Positions 57,458 to 64,000 of a stretch of 64,000 bases of DNA are shown one piece after another. This DNA is from a virus. The first letter of the stretch is position 1. The number at the start of each line of letters is the position of its first letter. The notes under the pieces are model-generated. The model made no database searches. It worked only from the letters and a program-made list of their open reading frames with translations, and was not told where the DNA came from. The DNA lies in IMG/VR virus record IMGVR_UViG_3300037583_000003, positions 29,183 through 93,182 of that record; one strand, given 5' to 3'. The position numbers were made by a program, and so were the translations under genes.

Positions 57458-59341
57458 TTATACTACTCCATGTTTAAGTTTTAACTTACTAACGATAGCG
57501 TCTCGCTGTGCATCTGTCCGAGTACCTAACTCTACCGCAAAGCTACCAATATTATGATTAGAAAATAAACCTTTAGCTGAGTCGCTTGCGAGCGTGTGTA
57601 ATTGTACTTTTGCTGGTACATTAGCAGATGTCTCTTTAACGACTTGACCTTCATCGTAAGCTCTAATAAAACCGTTGCTAACTTCTATCGATATTACAGC
57701 AGATGTTTTTTCTAGGATAGAAGTTACGCCCCCGATTCTTATTTTAAGACGGCCTCCGATTGGATCTACAAATATTTCTGTGTCTGGCAAAGCTAAAGCT
57801 GCCCCGTCAAAACTTTTTAGTATTACGCTACGTCGAAAAGGTGTTGCATCAGAAGACGCATCTACAAATACATCTAAGAACCAATCCCCTACAACCTCTT
57901 TACTGAGTAGATCAACGTAAGATTTACCATCGAATTCCATTAAGCCATTTTTCGGTAAACCAATCGGTACTCCGAAACCGTCTTTGACTACTGCAAGTTG
58001 CTGTAACCCTTCAGTTAGCGACTTTGCGTTGTCTCTCATAGCTGAGTTGTTGTAGTTAACTATTAACGACAAAGCTCCTGATACAGTCACTTCGTAAACT
58101 TTATATGCGCTTACAGAAGTTTCTACAAGCCCTACATTACCAATAAGCAGCAATCTTCTTGGCGCACCTAAGTCACTAAACACCGCTCTGTTCCACCCAG
58201 CGTTTGTTACAGTGACTTTTTTAGTCCCCTCTTGTTCAGGCTGTACTACTAAACTCCCGTCAATACTATCAAACAACACGTCTACGATATACGTTTTAGA
58301 CGTACTCATAGTAAAGTCGGTTAAGTACAAGCCTGTCCACCCAACAGGGTTTTCAAGCTTCCAGACTCCATTACTCCAATTCCACCTTATCACACTACCG
58401 ATGTTACCAGTGGCTAAAGAGCTATCCACAAAATCAGGATTAGAGTTTAAAACAGTGGGAGTAACGCATAAGTTTCTTACCCATGCACCAGCTGAGTTGT
58501 TTTCGCCAAGTAAATAACAAAACCCTACTCCTGCTTTCATGGAATCAAGAGTGGTTTGATTCAAAAATGCTGACTTAAGAGTAGCACCTTCATAGTAAAT
58601 CGTTTCTTCGGGTCTTTGGTAATGAGCGGCTATCTCTGCATTAGTCAACGCTTGTGGTATTAAACACACTCCGCTTAGAGTGCCATTCAGATAGTCAGGT
58701 TGAATATGTCTACCACCAAGCGTGAAAGGCTCATTTGGGCTGACGGGATTCTCTGCTGTAGTTAACGCATCAACCTTAACACCATTTTTATAAGTTGTAT
58801 AAGTATGAGTAAGTGCCGTAGCATCAAACGTGTGTACAACTGCGTAGCTACCATTTAGCTTATCCGTAGATTCAAACGGGACTGCTAAAAGATTAGCCCC
58901 AGTCCATATAGAAAAATCTCCGCCTAGGACTGACAAGTGGCTGTTCCCAAACCATATTTTATAAGCAGTAGATGCAACTGTTTCTGCATCTACAAAAGCA
59001 AGTGTCCAGTCGTCGTTTTTAAACTGCTCTTGCGTTAAAGGTGCGCCTACATCAATAAATTGTGTACCATCGAAAGCCAGTCCTTGCCCTGAGAAAATTT
59101 CAGGCTGGTAAGGTACTAAATCATACCCTTTGTTTACCACATAACGAGTACCACCTACTTTAGTTGCAAACTCTGAACCTAGTTGGATTAGTGCTGATGG
59201 TATACTGTCAACTACAGCACCTATACCTCCGTTAGTACTTGCTCCACCGATCTGTGTACCACTAACTAGGTTACCTTCAGCAGACCCTATATACTTAGCA
59301 GGGACACTGTGCTCTCCTGAGCCAAGTATAGCCATACTCAT
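57458..59341 (-). CDS. putative receptor-binding protein with LamG/concanavalin A-like domains
   Basis: GLAFDGTQFID...TYKNGV...LGGR...LNGTLS...ALTNAEIAAHY; second FDGKSYVD module. Confidence 0.7.
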   Translation of the reverse strand: MSMAILGSGEHSVPAKYIGSAEGNLVSGTQIGGASTNGGIGAVVDSIPSALIQLGSEFATKVGGTRYVVNKGYDLVPYQPEIFSGQGLAFDGTQFIDVGAPLTQEQFKNDDWTLAFVDAETVASTAYKIWFGNSHLSVLGGDFSIWTGANLLAVPFESTDKLNGSYAVVHTFDATALTHTYTTYKNGVKVDALTTAENPVSPNEPFTLGGRHIQPDYLNGTLSGVCLIPQALTNAEIAAHYQRPEETIYYEGATLKSAFLNQTTLDSMKAGVGFCYLLGENNSAGAWVRNLCVTPTVLNSNPDFVDSSLATGNIGSVIRWNWSNGVWKLENPVGWTGLYLTDFTMSTSKTYIVDVLFDSIDGSLVVQPEQEGTKKVTVTNAGWNRAVFSDLGAPRRLLLIGNVGLVETSVSAYKVYEVTVSGALSLIVNYNNSAMRDNAKSLTEGLQQLAVVKDGFGVPIGLPKNGLMEFDGKSYVDLLSKEVVGDWFLDVFVDASSDATPFRRSVILKSFDGAALALPDTEIFVDPIGGRLKIRIGGVTSILEKTSAVISIEVSNGFIRAYDEGQVVKETSANVPAKVQLHTLASDSAKGLFSNHNIGSFAVELGTRTDAQRDAIVSKLKLKHGVV

Positions 59342-59637
59342 ACCATTACACCTACAACTGCTGGCTTGTTCAAGTAAGCTCTAGCATAGATACTCTCATC
59401 ACCACTAGGAGCTGCTCTAACAGAGTCTTGTTCAGATTGTACATAATCCTTACTTAAGAACCTCTTAGGGTATAATATAAGCCCAGCATCGCCTAATCCA
59501 GGAGTTACTGAGTCTTTGAACACAGCAACCTCTAGTGGGTCTTCACCCCTACACTGAACAGTCTTAGCACTCTTATCTGATACATCAGTAACTAACTTTA
59601 CCCATCCTTCTGAAGCTTGAATAGTCTTAATTGACAT
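59338..59637 (-). CDS. small tail accessory protein
   Basis: 99 aa, beta-rich; ends IYARA...VVGV. Confidence 0.55.
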   Translation of the reverse strand: MSIKTIQASEGWVKLVTDVSDKSAKTVQCRGEDPLEVAVFKDSVTPGLGDAGLILYPKRFLSKDYVQSEQDSVRAAPSGDESIYARAYLNKPAVVGVMV

Positions 59638-59665
59638 GGTCTTATCCTTATGTTGGTTTTATCGC

Positions 59666-59674
59666 ATTATAACA
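59666..59674 (-). promoter_or_regulatory. extended -10 promoter
   Basis: TGTTATAAT followed by AAGGA RBS. Confidence 0.6.
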
Positions 59675-60238
59675 CTACCAGACTATACCGTCTAGCTCTG
59701 ATTGGTCTACAGCTGAGTCTACTTCTTCCTTTAGTAACTCGTGCTTAGCAAACAACACTTGGTTACGGTTGTATATACTGTTAGCTAGAGTCTTCAATTC
59801 AGCTATATCCATTGGCACTTTAACTTTAGAAGAGTCTAGCCAGTAGAAGCTTGCATCTAATGCACCATCTGATGTTACTAGCACGTTACTTAACGTTTCC
59901 AGTCTAGCTTTAGTCGTAGTGAACATGTTACCACTTACTTCTATGTCTGCTTGTGTACCTAGTTTGTAGTCTACAGATAACTCGTTTACTTTAGTTACTT
60001 TACCAGCTTCCAGTAACTCACCTTCACTAGACCCTTCTACCCAACCACTACCTCCCCATTTAGGAGCTGTTAGTCCAGGTTGTACTTGTACAAATGTGTA
60101 ACCATCTAGTAGGTCTAGTTCCAACCCACCACTTGTAACGCCGTCATCATCTACCATTACTGGTGAGTACTCAGTTACATAGATTTCATCAGCTAGAAAC
60201 ATAAGAGTTGTTGTGTCATATTTTCGTACTAGTTTCAT
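59675..60238 (-). CDS. tail fibre assembly chaperone-like protein (DUF4376-like)
   Basis: PKWGGSGWVE; YWLDSSKVKVPM...ELDGIVW end; follows the fibre gene. Confidence 0.7.
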   Translation of the reverse strand: MKLVRKYDTTTLMFLADEIYVTEYSPVMVDDDGVTSGGLELDLLDGYTFVQVQPGLTAPKWGGSGWVEGSSEGELLEAGKVTKVNELSVDYKLGTQADIEVSGNMFTTTKARLETLSNVLVTSDGALDASFYWLDSSKVKVPMDIAELKTLANSIYNRNQVLFAKHELLKEEVDSAVDQSELDGIVW

Positions 60239-60239
60239 A

Positions 60240-62588
60240 CTATTGCTCCGCCATAAAAGTAAAGTTAACAGTTAACCAGATGTTGGAGTAGGGTGCTCTG
60301 GCAGTTATAAACCCAGACGGCCGTACGTCTACTCTCCCCAGTAAACTATTACTGAACTGGACAGTGAGTACACTGTTTACTGGCCTAAATCCAACAGGTA
60401 GACTCGCTACATCAGCAGATGCACCGCTAAAAACTACACCCTGCACTTCCACTAAACCGTTTGGGTACCTTTTGTACCTAACGCCATCAGAGCCATAGCC
60501 GTTATTGTAAGCAACCCATCCATTAAGCAGCGTAGGCACTAACCATCCTGTGTCTTGTCCTGCGTGGTGTATTAAATTACCTCCGATTGTTCTACCAACT
60601 TGATCTGCGTCAACTACTGCCGTCTCCGCTTCAAACGCCGTAGTCTCTAGACCAATATCCCAGCCTTGACGATAGCTAGCTGGGTTGGATGACTGTAGTC
60701 CTACCGTTACCTTGTCAAGATTGACTTGTAAATAAGACCAAGTTGAGTTTAGCTCACCGATATAAAAGCAAGTTTTACCGCCACTATAGCCAAATCTAAC
60801 TTTGAATTGTCTATTGACATCGGGAGCTCCAGTACTTATAGCTGTTACATTCCGCCAATTCGGAGAAACGCTATAGTCATACCCGGCAACAAACATCTTA
60901 AAAGACTCCCCAGCTACCAAATCAAAAATAGATAGCTCAAATGTCATCATACGAGATTGCCACGTATTTGGTAATGTAACTTTAATTGCACCAGTTTGGA
61001 GTGGGGTATCAGATCTGTAATTACCACCAGCAGGATTAACAACAGTAACTGCTCCCGTGTCGTATTTAGTAACATGACCCAGTGAGTCTATATCGGTGAG
61101 TATTTCTGTTAAGTGTTTACCATCCAATAAGTCCGCATCTAAACCAGAACCAACTCCATCTACAGTCTTTAACTTAGTTAAAACATCGGCTGCTGTGTAA
61201 GAAACACTAGGTAACTTAGCAGCTATATCTGATTCCAGCTCTGAAAGCTCCTTACCGTCTAACGTGTCTGCATCCAATCCTGACCCTGAACCAGTGTTAC
61301 CCGCATGGTATACAGTGTTACCTAGTACTTTAGCACCATTCGTAGTAAGGCTAAGCACTGTAGTAAGGGCAGTACTAGTGCCTTCCAAACTGTTGTTACC
61401 TAGCTGTATATCCACAACGCTAGTACTAGCGTCTGTTGAAGCTCGTATTCTAGCAGAAGATCCATCTCTAACTGGTACACCATCCGCATGGTTAAAGGTA
61501 AGGTTAGCGTTACCACTACCGTCATTTATAGTTAAGCCTACTTTACCCCTGCCAGCTTGGACTCTACCACTAGTTGTGTAGTTTCCAGATGCTTGCCCAG
61601 TGTTGCTCCATATAGCTGTGGAACTTACACCACCTACTTTATCTGCGTCTAACCCTGAACCAGTACCATCAACTGTCTTAAGTTTGCTTAATACGTCACT
61701 AGCTGTATACACACTAGCGTCTAACTTACTGGTACTTAGCTGTGCTACTGTACTGTTAGTCCCGTTAGCACTAACCTGTAGCTCCTCTAAGGCACTTTGT
61801 ACGTTTGTACTACTTAGGTTACCTACAGGTGTTACCGCTACCTCAGAAGCTACCTGATCACCTTTAGCACCACTCTCTATCGTATCCAGTTTAGTACCAT
61901 CTGTAGCTACGTCTCTACCATCTATAGTTGATGTTGTTTCTAATGCTCCAGTAAGGTTACCACCTGTCTTATCTAACTTTAACGCTACCTTAGTGTCTAC
62001 TTCAGATTCTATAGTAGTTAGTTGCTTACCATCTAGTAGATCAGCATTTAAACCACTACCTGAACCATCTACAGTCTTAACCTTAGCTAGTACATTACTA
62101 GCTGTGTATACACTACTATCTAGCTTAGTACTCAGTTCTGTAGCTACTGGGTTACTTACAGGTTTACTAACATCTGAAGTGTTATCCACATTACTGGTTC
62201 TGTTGTTTAACTGCTGTACTGTATTGTTAGTGTTATCACTACTAGTTTGGAGTTCTACTAGCGCACTCTGTACATCAGTACTAGCTAGGTTACCTACTGG
62301 CGTTACTGGTACTTCAGATGCCAGTTGGTCATCCTTAGCGTTAGTCTCTATAGTATCTAGTTTAGTATTGATCGTATCCAGCTTTGTCTGTGTAGCACCT
62401 GACACCTCTTTATCTGCATCTGAAGTATTGTCTACACTACCTAAGCCTAGTTGTGCTTTAGTGACACTATGGGGATTTTCTAAACTCTTTATATGGGACA
62501 CTATAGTGTTCAACTCTGCTAGGTTGTCTCCTGACGGACTATCACCTGCATTCATTTGTTCAGCTATACTCGAAGACCTTGTTACCAT
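60240..62588 (-). CDS. tail fibre protein
   Basis: NPHSVTKAQLGLGSVDNTSD, repeated GSGLDADxLDG, C-terminal DTGW...LLNGW...GLVEVQG...LPVGFRP. Confidence 0.9.
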   Translation of the reverse strand: MVTRSSSIAEQMNAGDSPSGDNLAELNTIVSHIKSLENPHSVTKAQLGLGSVDNTSDADKEVSGATQTKLDTINTKLDTIETNAKDDQLASEVPVTPVGNLASTDVQSALVELQTSSDNTNNTVQQLNNRTSNVDNTSDVSKPVSNPVATELSTKLDSSVYTASNVLAKVKTVDGSGSGLNADLLDGKQLTTIESEVDTKVALKLDKTGGNLTGALETTSTIDGRDVATDGTKLDTIESGAKGDQVASEVAVTPVGNLSSTNVQSALEELQVSANGTNSTVAQLSTSKLDASVYTASDVLSKLKTVDGTGSGLDADKVGGVSSTAIWSNTGQASGNYTTSGRVQAGRGKVGLTINDGSGNANLTFNHADGVPVRDGSSARIRASTDASTSVVDIQLGNNSLEGTSTALTTVLSLTTNGAKVLGNTVYHAGNTGSGSGLDADTLDGKELSELESDIAAKLPSVSYTAADVLTKLKTVDGVGSGLDADLLDGKHLTEILTDIDSLGHVTKYDTGAVTVVNPAGGNYRSDTPLQTGAIKVTLPNTWQSRMMTFELSIFDLVAGESFKMFVAGYDYSVSPNWRNVTAISTGAPDVNRQFKVRFGYSGGKTCFYIGELNSTWSYLQVNLDKVTVGLQSSNPASYRQGWDIGLETTAFEAETAVVDADQVGRTIGGNLIHHAGQDTGWLVPTLLNGWVAYNNGYGSDGVRYKRYPNGLVEVQGVVFSGASADVASLPVGFRPVNSVLTVQFSNSLLGRVDVRPSGFITARAPYSNIWLTVNFTFMAEQ
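61115..62450 (-). repeat. internal repeats of the tail fibre
   Basis: Four GSGL(D/N)ADxxxG units, three of them preceded by VLxKxKTVDG; two ~40-aa TKLDTIE...VTPVGNLxSTxVQSALxELQ units; two VDNTSD units. Confidence 0.85.
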
Positions 62589-63202
62589 TATACGAACCCT
62601 CTGTTACTTAACCTGTTAGAAGTATCTAAGTCATCTGGAGTAAACATACCATGTAACTCCACTCTCCTACAGCTAGCTTCAAATCTCTGATAGTGTGTGT
62701 TGTTCTCTGTGTTTATCTTACCATCTAATGCACCATGTGCTCTGTAACCTATGTAGTTTAACAGTGCTTCAACTAGTTGTGTTGGTAGATCTATTACCTT
62801 ACCTAAGTCAGCTACAGTATAAGTATCAGGTGAAGCTATATATACCAAGCTTATATCTCCTGCTGCTACACCGCTACTAACCTGGATCTTGTTCCAACTA
62901 ACAGTGTTAACACTAAGCGTGTTATTTTCCTCATTTATAGCTAACCTAGACAGACTCAACTTTCCATCTACCATTACCGTTCCATGAGCTGTTTGTATCC
63001 ACATCAGGTTACTGGGCATTGTGTAGAACTCAGTACCTATAGTCCTCTCGAACAAGTACTCTTCCGTCTTCAGAGGGAATCGTTTGTACAACTCTATCAT
63101 ACCTAGGTTCATGTAACCTAGAGTCCTAGAGTCATCATCCTTGATACCTAAAGTACTTAGCTCTCCCTCTTTAGCCATGTTAACTACATCTTGTACTAGC
63201 AT
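62588..63202 (-). CDS. head-tail adaptor (N4 gp67-like)
   Basis: GELS...NLGMIELYKRFPL...EALLNYIGYRAH...RFEASC...NRGFV. Confidence 0.8.
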   Translation of the reverse strand: MLVQDVVNMAKEGELSTLGIKDDDSRTLGYMNLGMIELYKRFPLKTEEYLFERTIGTEFYTMPSNLMWIQTAHGTVMVDGKLSLSRLAINEENNTLSVNTVSWNKIQVSSGVAAGDISLVYIASPDTYTVADLGKVIDLPTQLVEALLNYIGYRAHGALDGKINTENNTHYQRFEASCRRVELHGMFTPDDLDTSNRLSNRGFV

Positions 63203-63226
63203 ATACTACCCTTAGTGTTTTTCACT

Positions 63227-63235
63227 ATTATACCA
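63227..63235 (-). promoter_or_regulatory. extended -10 promoter
   Basis: TGGTATAAT between terL and the adaptor gene. Confidence 0.6.
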
Positions 63236-63248
63236 CATACCTGCCTGC

Positions 63249-64000
63249 TTAGAACACAGTACTTCCACCAAAGTCATCTATGTCATCACCTAATCCACCT
63301 ATCCATATATCAGATCGTCTACCTTCATTTAGGTCACTACTTTCTATAGTTACTTCTGTGCTGGGCAGGAATACTTCCATCTCGCTGAGCTGGTTAAGAA
63401 GATCTATACAATTGTGTACCACTACACCGTTAGCTATGAAGTTGTGTACCTCTTTTACTTCCAGGTTGTATGTCAGACTTTGTCTTCTGTCCTTTCTTCC
63501 TAAGAGAGATACTGTGACTACATTCTTTGGAACATCCTGCTTTACTACAGCACCAGTTGAGCGTACATCTACATCGCTTGTCAGTGACTTAACTCTCTCT
63601 AGTAACATCTGCTTGTGTTGCCTAGAACCCACATCACCTGTTGTGTTAGGTAACCCTGTTGTAGTATTTAGCTTTAGCTCTCTTACAGTACTAGCTATCT
63701 TGATACTGTTACACTTAATTACCTCATCATCTTCCGTAAGAAGCTCTGCTGGTATATACCCCATAGTAGTCAGTACTGGATGATTACTCGTCATGTTAAG
63801 CTCAGTACCATCAGAGAACGCATACGTCATAACCTCTTTTGTTCCTGTGGCTATAACATCTTCAACTAACTGCGGCAAGAAGTCTACATCAAAAGTCATA
63901 ACTTTATCGCCTATAGCTACATCCTTTATACACTTAGTGCTAAGGTCTGCCATTGTAACTAACGTATCCCCTGTCAGACAATCATCATGTTTAAGAGCTT
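63249..64000 (-). CDS. terL: terminase large subunit, 3' end (truncated by window edge), intein-containing
   Basis: Frame is open to the window edge: ALKHDD-[intein]-CIDLLNQL restores the nuclease HDDxxD motif; N4 gp68 position. Confidence 0.8.
   Translation of the reverse strand, partial: ALKHDDCLTGDTLVTMADLSTKCIKDVAIGDKVMTFDVDFLPQLVEDVIATGTKEVMTYAFSDGTELNMTSNHPVLTTMGYIPAELLTEDDEVIKCNSIKIASTVRELKLNTTTGLPNTTGDVGSRQHKQMLLERVKSLTSDVDVRSTGAVVKQDVPKNVVTVSLLGRKDRRQSLTYNLEVKEVHNFIANGVVVHNCIDLLNQLSEMEVFLPSTEVTIESSDLNEGRRSDIWIGGLGDDIDDFGGSTVF
63411..63980 (-). mobile_element. mini-intein in TerL (190 aa)
   Basis: CLTGDTLVTMAD...IGDKV...MTSNHPVLT...TYNLEVKEVHNFIANGVVVHN followed by +1 Cys. Confidence 0.92.

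Noticed and set aside
29924-63783. Many + strand ORFs rich in Ser/Leu/Thr within the - block, and - strand ORFs within the + block
   Set aside because: They are antisense shadows of real genes with no motifs, expected from the codon bias
63249-63953. Stand-alone 234-aa Hint protein
   Set aside because: The frame is open to the window edge and the Met lies inside the intein
1-64000. Loss of the N4 RNAP II (gp15/gp16) genes
   Set aside because: None is seen, but the early region lies outside the window, so absence cannot be claimed

Overview
This window is most of a lytic N4-like (Schitoviridae-type) dsDNA phage genome in two convergent blocks. The + block (1-29603) holds early/middle genes: RNA ligase, a structured-RNA/tRNA cluster, rIIA/rIIB, DHFR, ThyA, helicase-primase, PD-(D/E)XK nuclease, Sak4-like ATPase, SSB, SF1 helicase, a fragmented family A DNA polymerase, HU, ClpP-like protease and NrdAB. 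The - block (29596-64000) holds virion genes in N4 order: virion RNA polymerase, ejection proteins, major capsid, portal, lysis cassette, tail fibres, adaptor and the 3' end of terL. Four self-splicing elements map to the base: two group I introns in the DNA polymerase (20771-21260, 21518-22570) and mini-inteins in NrdA (27074-27493) and TerL (63411-63980). The most unusual signals are: (i) the virion RNA polymerase is split into two coupled genes whose ~3740 residues contain only two cysteines, one on each side of the split, suggesting a disulfide that re-joins the chains; (ii) the DNA polymerase exonuclease domain is separated from the polymerase by copies of a three-member small-gene family; (iii) a non-canonical tRNA-like RNA with two T-arms lies beside the RNA ligase. 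All calls come from reading motifs by eye; no database search or folding program was run.
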